From contig OZ004607.1 of NCBI GenBank assembly GCA_963924565.1, positions 4,650,001 to 4,714,000 of the forward strand: 64,000 nt of DNA, given 5' to 3'. Source of the stretch: Ascidiella aspersa. Taxonomy: Eukaryota. Of the stretch, positions 49,901-60,460 are shown one piece after another (positions within the stretch are counted from its first letter, which is position 1; each line of letters begins with the position of its first letter). Below the pieces are notes generated by a model, which made no database searches, was not told the DNA's origin, and was given only the letters and a program-made list of their open reading frames with translations. The position numbers and the translations under genes were made by a program.

Positions 49901-52900
49901 ATGTCTTTAAACTTCTCCTGGCGAATTAAAATCGCTGTAATGCATTTAAGTTACGCCAAGATAAAATTTTATAGCCTCGAATATGGCAATAAAGAGATTT
50001 CAGCTAAGTTACAATAAATTATGGTAAAAGCACGCCTGGCCATAATAAATCCTCCTATTTGAACATTAATTTGACAAGGTAAAATCACGCTCATACGTTC
50101 GGCTAAAAAACAATTCCCTTGAATATGCGCTGCTGGCACGAAACAAAAAATAAAAAACATCCGTTCGAGGCAGTTCAGACATACAGATGTTCCGATGTAA
50201 ATTACTAAACGCTGTGCTAGAAGCACGCCCGGCAACAATAGATCACGGTAAAGGAGGCGTATTGGGGCGGCGTCATCGGTGGTATGCAGACCGGCGTGGC
50301 CGCGACCCGGGCCCAAGGTTGAGAGGGCCGACGCGGTGCTTTGACTTTGTAGCGTGAAAACAGGGCTTCGAGCTTCGAAGGGAGGAAAGGCGCGACACCC
50401 CGAATCAAAACACACGCGGAACACGGGCGCGAAACGCCGCAACGACAACAACAACAACAACTTGAAACGAAACCGAATCCTTGATGTCGGCGGTTTGTTG
50501 CAATTTGGCGCGTTGGTTGCTATTCTCGGTTTCTGATCGGAGAACGGCCTCTAAAAGCTTTCGAGGGTGGGTGAGGGTGGGTTGGGGCTGGAATTCCGGG
50601 GTCACGCTTCCCCGCGCCGCGCGCTATCGCCTACATCTGGCTCTGACAAGCGGCCAATTAGCGGCCGCTCAAGGCCAAAACAGAGAAACATCTATCAACC
50701 AATTTAGCCGCAAAGCGCCGATGAAAGAACGAGCAGCGCCGTGGTAATTTACATTCTCAGAGCTTAGACTTTCTCCCTAAGAATTGTTAGGGTTCCAAGC
50801 GAGACAATCAGCAGCTCATTGCTTAAGGTCGAACCATAACGAGTCGTGCCGATCAGGTGTCCCCCTTTCGCTCTAAATCGCCTATAACATATCACTTAAG
50901 TCACTTGCTATTTCTAGAAGGACCCCGGTGGCGGGCGGGTTGGGGCTCCTTGGGCCCGAAAACGATCCGCCCCTTTTGACCCAGGGAGACCCCGACAAGT
51001 CTTATCACACGAAAGCGGGGGCGAAAGTTATTTTTGCGGCTCATAGCTCGTTGGAAGACAAAACAAACCGGCACTGTGCTGGACTGGTTCACACCACAGC
51101 CACTTTAATGTAGCCGGTTGCCTTTGTGCGCCTAATATCGCACAACTGAGATCAAATAAAGAGGAAAACCGAAACGACTGGTTAGGAAACAATTCAAAAC
51201 GGACAGAAAATAAGGTTTAAAACAGAGATTTAACATTACGAATGACACAGTTAAATTGGCTACAAAAAGACTTTGTTTAAACCAAATGAGGGTAAAAGAC
51301 GGATCAATACTTACTATGGTGGCCTTAAAGCAAGGCAAGCAATGTTTAACAATGCACAGATATATACATTTTAAAATGGCCAGTGTTACAATGACGCATG
51401 CTTTCCCTTTAGCAGACAGCTATGCGTAATACTCCTCGCGGGACAATAAATAGTTTAGTTTCGTGAAAACAAGATTTCGAATGGTTTCTCGCATTACAGC
51501 GTTAAATTCTAGACCAAATCAATCGCCGGGGCACTAAGCCGAACTCTCGCAATGGATCGACATGATAAGCTTTAAACAAGGCGCGTTTAAACTCGCCAAA
51601 AGCGACGAGGGCATTTTCCGTCCTTTGCTGATGACAGCACACGCAGATGCGAGACGTTCACAAGTCGGTGGTGGCCTTTCGGTCGTACCCCAGCAGTCGT
51701 AGGGTTTTCGGGAACACGTCTTTGGATTAGCGGCGCCCGCCAGTCGCTCGCCATTTTGTCGCCCACGTGGCAGAAAAACGCGACTTCGCAGCGCGAAAGT
51801 GTTGCGCGGGCAGGTTTAGAGACGCGGGCATTAGCGGCTTCGGCAGCCGCCGCCATCATCTATTCGCCGCCGCCTGGCAATCTCTTAATCTTTTCGCTTG
51901 GCCGAGTCCGGCAAGGCGAGTCGGCGACAAGCAGGCGCCCGCAGCTTCGCACCCCGACGCGTTAAGACCAGCGGGCCGACGATTTGCTCGATTGAAGCCT
52001 GTTTGGGTGAAAGTGTTACGGTAAAAGCTGCCAGCGGCCCGGCCCGGCCCTGCTTTTCTTGGCCACTCAAAATCGGCCAGCGCTCTTTTTCGGACCGTTT
52101 TAAAGCCAAAGTGGCACCACAGAAGTGGAATACTGAGCAATCCGTGAAACCGGCCCAGCTTTTTTCTTGGCCACTCGAAATCGGCCAGCGCTGTTTTTCG
52201 GACCGTTTTCGAGCCACTATCGCACCACAGAAAGCCAATCACTGCAAAAAGGGCGTTGCTTTACCAAACTGGCCTACAGAAAGTTGTACAATATGATGTT
52301 CGCTGAGAAAGCCCAACTCACGCCAGGCATTTTCCGAGGCAATCTGAGAGAGAAAACTTGGCGTGTCTTGCCTGTAGCGAATTCGCGCTTTACATGGCAC
52401 CCGAAAGCGCCCGCCACATAATGCCAGAAGGCAGCGATGCCCTTTCCATTTTCCGCCACTGAGCTTGCTGCCAGAGATACGGCTACCTGCTGCCGCTATC
52501 TGGGTCACCTTTCGCGCCGAGAACAGGGCGCCCTTGACCCCGTAGCAGTTCCCACACGATTTAGGCATTTCGCTTGGCAAGCGATCCGAGCAATACGCAA
52601 GCGACGTCGAAATATGTCAGTGCCTTTGCGCGCCGCTCGCTATATCGGTTCGGTATTGCGGTGGCGTCGGCCGCGGAAAACTTCCGTCCCACGCAGCGCT
52701 GTCTTGCACCTACCCTTTGCAGGCGTTTCAAGTCACGTAGGCAACTTCGCTGCTTGTTGTGCTTGATTGCTAAGCCTTCCTACGCATAACCGCGTTATTT
52801 TTGACGCGCACTTCCGCCGTTCAAAGTCGCTTTGGCAACTGTTACGATTTAGTGTTAAAAATAAACCAGCAGCGTGTAAGCCCAGCTCTTATGTGTTTGT

Positions 52901-55007
52901 TTTTTGCTTCAGATCACGCAGCTAAAGATCGACCACAACCCGTTTGCAAAGGGCTTCAGAGATTCCGGAAGCGGAAAACGTGAAAAAAGGTGAGCAGTTA
53001 GAATCCGCATAGTGCTAAACATTATTCTCACAGGAGGTATTTGTTTTAAATAATCGATTAGGCTTAGTACACTCACTAGATAAAAATGTATACTTACGAA
53101 ATCACTAACAATCTGTATTTTGTCACAGGCGCCAACATTTTCACCTGCAACAGCAGCTTCTTGGAAGTCAGAAAAACGATTCGAACAGTTCGACCAAGGA
53201 TTCGCAAAACTACAGCGACAGATCAGGTAAAAACGAATACTCAAGCCCTAAACTACCTATTGGTCCAAGCAACAAAAACTCATGGGTACGCTGAACATTG
53301 CACGGCAGTAGTCTATAAAATACCAGGCAATGTAATCAGGATAAATATTTAATTCTGCAAAAAATACACATCTGGCATAGATGTGCCTTTATGAATTTTA
53401 CGAGTGCAGGAACATTCTTCAAACGTCCAATATGTGGTTTTGACAAAACAAAAATTTTTTCATTGACTTTGAAGGGTTTGGGTTTTTTATTTAACTGATA
53501 CAACTTTCTCTAAACAATATTACAGTGTGATGTTTTAAAAGCTTGGATGGTGATTTTATCTAGCGAGACAATATTTGCCAAAATGCATCTAAGGAGTTAT
53601 TTATTTTCACACAGCATCTAATCCAGTAATTGTCGAACTTTTTGAACAAGGACCCAATTTTGTTTCAAAAAGAAATGCCGGGCACCACTAGAAATACTAA
53701 GTGTCCTAAAATATGTGATTGTTCTGCGAACAACCAACATTTTAACAACGAACGCATATTTTCTTGCAGACTACACCGGCTCGACCGACGAGGAAATGCG
53801 CTCCACGCACAACAACCATAACAACAGCAGCAGCATGGGCGAGATGACGTCATCGTCTCTGACGTCACCGCAGTGCGGCGACAAGCGCAAGGCGGAGTGC
53901 GACGACAACGATAGCGATGACGACAGCCGTTGCTACGACGACGCCAAGGCGACGCGAAGCTGTGACGTGTCACCGGCGCGTAAAAGCTCACCGGAAGCGC
54001 AGTCGCCTCGACCCAAGCCCTTCGCGACCACGCCCCCTTCCAAGGCAAGCCACGCCCCCAAAGAAGTCCCCTCGTCTTCTGGCACCCTGACCTCACCAAT
54101 CCCGGTCCACCCTGGTCTATCCGCGTTCGGATCGTATCCCAACGCTTTTCTTCCACATATGAGCGCAGCCTACCCTTTCCTGCAGCCCAATCAGATGAGC
54201 GCGCTCTCGGCCGCCATGAATCCCTACTCGCCCTTTGGCACACAAATCAACCCGGCGCTACTGCAAGCCATGGCCAACGCCGGCACCAACCTGTCACAGT
54301 CGCGCGGCGGAACCAGTGGCCCTGCGGCGCCAGGGACCCCTACGTCACCTTTCCTGCCCAACGGCGGTGCCCACTCCCTCTCATCGCTCTTCAGCAACCC
54401 GCAGTCGCTGTCAGCCTTCAGTCCTTACGCCAACCTCTTTCCGTACGGAGCTGCGGCCGCCGCAGCCGCAATGGCCGGCTACCCTGGCTCGACCGGTTCC
54501 CGAATGGACACAAGCCCAGGAAGACCGCTGTCGCCCCTATCCCTTGCCAGTCGCTTGTACGGACACTCACCCGCCGCCAGCGCCTTCGGAAAGCGCATGG
54601 GGCTTGCGTCTTCGCCCACAGACGCCCCTTCGGTCCCTGTCTCCTCACCAGGCTTCGGATCAAAGCGCTTCTCACCCTACGGTATGCCGCCGTTTAACCT
54701 CCCCTTCCGATCGCCGCTCGACAGCAGCAACAGCAGCGAAAGCGGAAGGTTTGACTTTTCGCGTCCGGCGGCGGCCCATCACGGGCACCGCGGCGCCGAA
54801 AGGTCCCGGAACCGATCGGGAAGCGGTTCACCATCAGGGGCGTCGCGGATGCGCACCGGATCCGAGTCTTCCGAAGGAGCAGAGCGGAAGAGCAGCGATG
54901 GAGGATTCCACTCTGCAGTCCAGGAGTTGCGCAACATGGAGAGCATGGTTAGCGGACTGGAACGCTCGCGCAAACAGTCGAGCGAGATTAAGGTGGAAAA
55001 GGTCTGA
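31539..55007 (+). CDS. Tbx2/3: Tbx2/3 T-box transcription factor, spliced CDS join(31539..31918,44270..44540,47892..48038,52913..52989,53129..53226,53770..55007), 736 aa
   Basis: The T-box reassembles across exons: [30 protein letters not shown]|RMFPSFKV...HPDSP...[12 protein letters not shown]|[14 protein letters not shown]...[11 protein letters not shown]|[26 protein letters not shown]. Tbx2/3-type features include [33 protein letters not shown] and C-terminal [13 protein letters not shown] (cf. ELQSIQRLVSGLE). All introns are GT-AG with compatible phases (2,0,0,2,1). Confidence 0.95.
40392..40542 (+). repeat. Local direct duplication (~54 bp) in intron 1
   Basis: tgactcgtYaaagagttctttttt(t)gattggcgWgcgtacagaaaaaa occurs at 40392 and 40487. 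Confidence 0.9.
42012..42203. mobile_element. Fold-back MITE with long TIRs and an internal palindrome
   Basis: 28-bp TIRs GGCGTTGGTCTAGAATCCTACCACAACG / CGCTGTGGTAGGATTCTAAACCAGCGCC. The inner palindrome is centred on AAGCAATATTATT-G-AATAATATTGCTT. Confidence 0.8.
43149..43176. promoter_or_regulatory. Tandem CRE/ATF palindromes in intron 1
   Basis: TGACGC-t-TGACGTCA(43156-43163)-tgcgt-TGACGTCA(43169-43176). Confidence 0.5.
44105..44269 (+). repeat. ~43-bp minisatellite (about 4 units) ending at the exon 2 acceptor
   Basis: The unit tcagtttaccaatgagtcctctttttgtcatgcggcaaaatag starts at about 44105, 44147, 44190 and 44233. Confidence 0.9.
44270..44540 (+). CDS. Tbx2/3: Tbx2/3 coding exon 2 (T-box)
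   Basis: Acceptor ctctttttgttatgcgcag|G. Encodes [10 protein letters not shown]...[14 protein letters not shown]. Donor CAT|GTAAGT. 271 nt. Confidence 0.97.
44659..44834 (-). mobile_element. Partial inverted copy of the 45531 MITE
   Basis: The reverse complement aligns with 45531-45705 (ctgggg...ccttgg..gtccgtgaacta...taattgaaatattagtg...agaagcaatcaatttaaaaaa...gcactga...tagactctattt). Confidence 0.78.
45075..45249. mobile_element. Head-to-head inverted pair of the HHR-bearing repeat with 12-bp flanking direct repeats
   Basis: A reverse partial copy (45075-45146) is joined to a forward partial copy (45147-45249). AAATGACGGGTT flanks both sides, at 45063-45074 and 45250-45261. Confidence 0.75.
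45531..45867 (+). mobile_element. hAT (Charlie-like) MITE in intron 2
   Basis: TIRs CAGGGGTTCTCAAACT / AGTTTATGAACCCCTG (14/16). TSD ttttagga/gtttagaa (6/8). Confidence 0.82.
47892..48038 (+). CDS. Tbx2/3: Tbx2/3 coding exon 3 (T-box)
   Basis: Acceptor ctcgcttacag|ACC. Encodes [14 protein letters not shown]...[11 protein letters not shown]. Donor AAG|GTAAGC. 147 nt, phase 0/0. Confidence 0.97.
49000..49031 (-). ncRNA. Second-type minimal hammerhead-like motif, antisense in intron 3
   Basis: The minus strand reads TAC-CTGATGA-A-GCAC-GGTT-GTGC-GAAA-TA-GTG. Stem II is perfect and stem I is only 3 bp. The tail recurs inverted at 49081-49099. Confidence 0.45.
52044..52232 (+). repeat. Local direct duplication (~82 bp) in intron 3
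   Basis: ttttcttggccactcRaaatcggccagcgctStttttcggaccgtttt...gcaccacagaa occurs at about 52044 and 52150. Confidence 0.9.
52913..52989 (+). CDS. Tbx2/3: Tbx2/3 coding exon 4 (end of T-box)
   Basis: Acceptor tttgttttttgcttcag|ATC. Encodes [25 protein letters not shown]. Donor AG|GTGAGC. 77 nt. Not present in the ORF track in this frame. Confidence 0.96.
53129..53226 (+). CDS. Tbx2/3: Tbx2/3 coding exon 5 (post-T-box linker)
   Basis: Branch-like CACTAAC at 53103-53109, acceptor tattttgtcacag|G and donor CAG|GTAAAA. Encodes (R)[32 protein letters not shown]. Its 98 nt convert phase 2 (exon 4) to phase 1, which exon 6 requires. Confidence 0.85.
53770..55007 (+). CDS. Tbx2/3: Tbx2/3 last coding exon (Ser/Pro/Ala-rich region, C-terminal motifs)
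   Basis: Acceptor tattttcttgcag|AC. Long GC3-rich ORF with poly-Ala, KRFSPY (54663-54680) and [13 protein letters not shown] (54924-54962). TGA at 55005-55007. Confidence 0.93.
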
Positions 55008-55072
55008 CCTTTTTCTCCGCTCAAACACGAAAATAAACGGGTGTGCGGCGCGCGATCGAACGTGCATAACAA

Positions 55073-55103
<31 letters not shown>
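55073..55103 (+). repeat. (CA)n microsatellite in the 3' UTR
   Basis: acacacacacacacacacacacacaaacacac read directly. Confidence 0.95.
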
Positions 55104-55104
<1 letters not shown>

Positions 55105-56275
55105 GACAAGGTGGAGGATTTCCACGACACATGCGGTGGTAGTAGATACGTCGCTGTAACGGTGCTCTCTGCATTCCTCTTCCATAAAAGGTGGCCACTG
55201 AGAAAGCGTCGCGGCCCGTAATGATCGCACCGCGGCGTTTATCCTGCTACGATGCACTGTCCTTCAATCGCAGTCACGATTATGATTATTACATTGTTCT
55301 GTTGTCGTTCTTCTTGTTTTCGTTTTGATTTGCGACGCGCCGTTCTTGTCACTGTTTCGTTTCTCGCTCGGTTTCAAAGCGCTTCTGTGTGCGTATGCGT
55401 GTGTGCGCCTGTGCGCGTGTACGCACCTGTGCACGTGCGTGTGCGCGCGACAACCGACCAGTACATACCTCAAGCCTACGTTGATTGTGCTCGCTACTTG
55501 TGGCGAACCGGTGATTCGACGCCACTACAGTAGCAGCAGCACAAGTAGTAGGCTAAAACGTACAGGCCACGACTTCCAAGTGTTTCGCCATTGTAAGCCC
55601 GCTCATACTTGTTGTTATGTCGTCCCTTAAACCGAGATCGGGTGGTAGCAATGGAGATAAAAAAAAAATGGCGCGTCCGCGGCCACGCGTGCGTGATTGA
55701 TGCCGCTAAAAATACCTCGACTCCAATTTTCGCGAACTGCGTACTCTTTTTCGAAACACCCTGATTACCGTCGAGCACCGAAAACACAGCGCCATTGAGC
55801 CCAAGTCAATTGACCGCCGAAATCTTCTTTCTAAAGCGGCACAGCGTATATACACTCGCAACTAAAACCATGTTCCCTGGTGACTTCAAGTCACAATATT
55901 TGTTTCTTCGCCCGTTTTAGCCGCGGCGACCAGACGCCGGCCTCTCTGTGTTATTGTTATTAATATTTCATTATATTTTTTTTATTAAAGTATTACCAGG
56001 TTCGCAATAGTCAGTTAATCTAATCTTTGCTGACTCTTGTCATCCCTACCAGTCACAACTTGCTAACTGAATCTATTTTGTGCTGCTGTTTTTTTAATTT
56101 TTAAGGGGGAGTCCCTCGTACTCCCCTGTGCCCACCACCGATGTTTCATTGCGGTCATGTCGGACGCAAGTATTGATATTATCTTATTATTATTATTTTT
56201 TTGTTTTCTTTCACTTATTTTCTCCCCCCTTTTATTTCCGTATGTGCAGTATATAAACACTGATTTGCGTCGAGC

Positions 56276-56281
56276 AATAAA
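56276..56281 (+). promoter_or_regulatory. Candidate polyadenylation signal of Tbx2/3
   Basis: AATAAA at the end of a ~1.27-kb UTR-like stretch, followed by a switch to AT-rich DNA. Alternatives are AATAAA at 55032 and ATTAAA at 55984. Confidence 0.45.
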
Positions 56282-58910
56282 TATCTCTATAACGTGACAG
56301 CAACAACTGGTTATATTTACTTGGTAAGAATTTTATTGGAAACAAAATCTTCAGAAATATTTTCACCTAACTCTTTTTAGCAATATACCTTAGGGTTTTG
56401 TTTAAAAAACCACCAGTGATAAAAAGAATATACAATAGTCAGTAGCTGCCGAATTCTTTAAGCGCAATCTTTTACATAACTAGTTTAAATAATATTGACT
56501 CCAGTTTTTTGTTTCAAAAACTACCAGTCACAAAAATATATATACTATAAATGAAGTCAGCCAGCAGTTATTAAATACTTATAGCGTAGCAGTTGACATC
56601 ATACTGCATAAGCATACTTAAAACATATTTACAATAATAACAAGAACGTGTAAAGATATCTCAATCCAAAACATTTCATTCATTTTGCAAACAAACCACT
56701 TTGTTTCAGTTAAAGTTAAGACCTCCAAAACTAGAATCTATGTGAAAGTTCGCGAGGTAATAAATGGAATGTTGAAACTTCCCAGATGGCTATTCAGAGC
56801 TAGGTTGCAATTTGTTTAACAGCTGCTTCAACATCAAAAGAGGACAGAAAAGGCCAGGAACTGTTTGAGGTGACAAGTTTCAGGTGAACGTTTGACGAAC
56901 CAACATGTCATTTTGGGATCAGTCATAACCGATTATTTGCTTTTCCGGATTTGAACTGGAAAGAAACTAGAAAGCACAGGATGACCTGGCAAGATTTTTG
57001 GACTGTTATTAAAATGCGAAAGATGTTTACCCAAACTGTCATCTATTTGGATTTAATATCTCCTACATTACGAAAAGAATATCAAAGAAACCCAAGAATA
57101 GTTACATGTAAAAGTACCAGGCCTCATGTAATCATGCGATTGATTCAATCGTCAGAACACAAAAAAAGATATTTATTTTGGAGAAGCTATTCGTTACTGC
57201 ATATTGATCCTATGCTGCATACGCTCGCGGTAGACTCAACGACGGGCGCATGCCTGCACTGGTAAATCCTAAATAGGGCGTCTAATCTCATGGGATATTG
57301 TCAAAATGGCGGCAAAAGACACAATTCAAAGCGCTGAAATATTCGCGGACAAACGTTAACATCAACATAACTCCAGTTATGTTAGGTTAGCCTATAAAAA
57401 CATGTTTAGGCTAGATATAGGTAAACGAAGTGTTTGTTCAACGTTGCAACATCCAGCTTTAACAGCACTAAAATGGTTATCACTGTCAACGAAGTTAGAA
57501 GATATAACACATATAATTTTAAATAAAGCAAGAAAAAATTACAATGGCTGCTGTAGATTGATATATAAAACAAGAAATAAAAACGACAAATTCGTCTGTC
57601 TTCGTTGATTTCAGTTTAAGTAACATTGATTGAAATCATTGTGCTTTTGATATGTTTAAAGCCATCATATTGGTAAAAAATACTGTTCCAATAAAAAAAA
57701 ATGTTTTCATTAAATGGCATTGATAACTTGTCTTAGGGTAACATACTGGCATATAGCTCTGCTAAATTTGAACTTTTCGCGTTTAGAGGTGATGGGCCTC
57801 TTAAGTTTGAATCAAGCACCGTGCATTATTTAAACCATGTCGAAAGTTAAAAACCGAAACCATTTAAAAAGTAGGATTTGGGTAAATCGGGGGAGAGAAA
57901 TAAAGATGGCAGAAAAAGTCGATGAAATATAACCCATTTTAGTGTGACACTGGAAATAAATGCAGGTAAAAGTGAATTGTTTTTTCAGTGTTTGACCCAT
58001 TTTGCTCTGAATTTATTACTATTTCGTAAAACTTCATTTTGATCGTACTAACTTAAAGCAAATTAACAACCAGTGGAAATAACATTCCACAAAACTACTC
58101 GCAGTTCAGTGAAGAGTTTCATTCATAAATCGAAATACAACGAATAACGGAACGTGTGATATGAGCAAATACTTTCCATTTCTACGTCAGACATTTAAAC
58201 AGCAAAAAATCCTCAATAAAAAAGCGAGACATTTTGTTTTCTTTGGAGCATAATGGTTGTAGGTTGTAGTAAGACGCAATAAAATATCAAAGCCCATAGA
58301 GAAGTAGGTAGCATTTTGAACGTTTCGAATAACTCTTTATTCATTAACAACATCATTTTGTTTTCAATTTGTGTAAAATGTTTCAAGGTACTCTTACAAC
58401 CAAACTATTTCGAAATGTTGTGCATCACAGCCGGTTGAGTTAAACTCGCGTGCCAGTATAGGATCTCGTGGTTGCATCCTTATATGCAGCGGGTCTAAAA
58501 TTGACTCTGCATACTCGTCCACGGAATCTCATTACGCAATCCACGCGCCAAAAGAGGCAGAACACATAGCAGTACACAGATATCTGTGACAGCGAACACG
58601 GAAGATGAAACGGACCGCGACTGACGCGCGCATAAGTCGCCATGTGGATAAACTGATTCGCGCCGCCGCCGTCGGTCGTTTCTGGGCAACATTAGGCGCT
58701 AACTTTGGACTTGATTGAATTACATCAGCAACTAATGCAAACCGCGGTAATAAATAAGCTGCAGCTTGACGAGGCTTGCGGGTCGGCGCGGGAAGACTGC
58801 TTGATGGAGAAGGGGTCGGGCGCCGCGTCGATTTTCGCATTTGCGGCTCGAGTTTTGATGTAATTAGACGCCTTCGTCCCTTGGCAGCGACTGCATACGC
58901 CCGAACAAGA

Positions 58911-60460
58911 ACGGACTCGTTCGGTTCCAACCGCAAGGGAGCGTGTTTAGCTCTCCGCATGCCTTAGCATATTTTAGTACACACGGTTCGAGAACGGTGC
59001 GTGATGCAACTTGTTTTTGACAGATCTGACATTCCTCTTGTATATAGCGTTAGAAAGATTTAGTTATCTAGTCGCTCTAGGGTTCCGAAAGGTATCTGGG
59101 AATCTCCAAAGAATCTGATATTTTCCCAATTAGCAAAATTGTTCAACTCTTTATGTGAGATAATATAAAGTAGCCTACAAGAAATTAATTGTTATTTTTC
59201 TACATGTGCGGAGTTGATTATACCGTTCTGGATTTATTCAAAGTGACATTGCAGTAAACTACCTGTAGCGTTAGAAATCCAACCAAACGTTAGCATTTCA
59301 GCGCTGCAAACTGCATGCGACCATTACACGACCTGAGTGGTGGGATTGCACCCTCAGTTAATAAAGCACAGTAATGGTTTGTTCTTCGCCTGAGGTGGGA
59401 AACAACCGGGTCGAATGATGTAAGGTCCCAACCTATCTTGACCAATGGGTGGAAATGGTTTTAAATAAATCTGGATTATATAGGCCACATGTGACCAAAA
59501 TTATTAGTTAAGTCTGCTTGGTACATCCAACCAGAATTAAGGCATCGTCTATGAAACGCCAGTAGCGCATATGTTACGGAAGTCATGTGATTTGTGTTGC
59601 AGAGATCACTTCTACGCGAATTTTATAGTCCACGGGACCCCAACTAGGATGCCGCGGCACCTTGGTGTGCTATTGTTATTCCTCAATGGTTCCGAAAGGG
59701 GGTAATATTCCAGAATCCGATATTTGCTCAATTGGTAGGATTCGTGATACAACTCTTTTGTGTGAGATTATATAGAGTACAAGAAATTCAAATGATGTGG
59801 AGTTGATTATGGTGTTTTGGATTTTAATAAATTGACATTGCAGTAAACTAGCTTAATCAATTTCTAGTAAGTGGCCGCAAACTATTTATAATTTTCTAGG
59901 AGGGCCCGAAAGCTACAAAAGGTTGGGAGCCACTGCTCTAGTCCTTTGACAGGGACTGCAAACACGGACGCGTTCGGATCGAAACGCAGCCAAACGTGCT
60001 CAGCTCTCAATACCTCAGGATCCTTAGCATATTAGTGAATACGTGATTTAAGAACGGTGCGTAAGGCAACTTGTTTTTGACGTATATGACATTCCTGTTG
60101 TATCGTTAAAAGATTTAGTCCAATCAAACTTTGGCATTCCAGGGCTAAAAACCGCTGCGATAATTACATGATCCGAGTGTTGCTCGCGCCCTCAGACAAT
60201 ACAGTTTGTTTCTTCGTCTGTAGGGTTGAAAACAACGGGCGACAGTTGAAAGAGCGCCACCCAAACTGAGAAATGGTGGAATTGATAAAATAGGTGTGAC
60301 TTAGAAGGTTATGGAAATTATACTGGGTTATACAGGTCACTAGTTGAAATGATTAGATATGAGTGCCTGAACATCAAACCAGGAGTAATAAAATCGCCGG
60401 CCAATAGCCTAAATTTTGCGTAAGGCATATTTGTGTTGTAGAAAAAGACCTCCCACGCGT
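58911..60460 (+). repeat. Diverged tandem segmental duplication interrupted by a MITE
   Basis: Three paired blocks: 58911-59065 with 59964-60120, 59275-59620 with 60120-60460, and 59081-59261 with 59688-59851. Confidence 0.8.
59631..59935. mobile_element. hAT MITE
   Basis: Ends CACGGGACCCCAACT / GGTTGGGAGCCACTG. TSD ttatagtc/ctctagtc (6/8). Confidence 0.65.

Noticed and set aside
51624-51665. Sense-strand hammerhead-like string CTGATGA...GAGACGTT in intron 3
   Set aside because: GAAA is replaced by GAGA, stem II is only 3 bp and stem I is bulged, which is compatible with chance.
54235-55221. 328-aa alternative-frame ORF overlapping the last exon, plus antisense ORFs 53665-54243 and 54779-55198
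   Set aside because: These are shadows of a GC-rich coding exon. The ORF runs through the CA microsatellite and has no recognisable domain.
56951-57360. 104-aa ORF and a YY1-like CAAAATGGCGGC suggesting a downstream gene start
   Set aside because: The ATG frame closes after 17 codons, and no domain or exon chain is recognisable.
58315-58352. Minus-strand GAATAA-agag-TTATTC-GAAACGTT resembling an HHR 3' half
   Set aside because: The CUGANGA box has three mismatches and stem I is absent.
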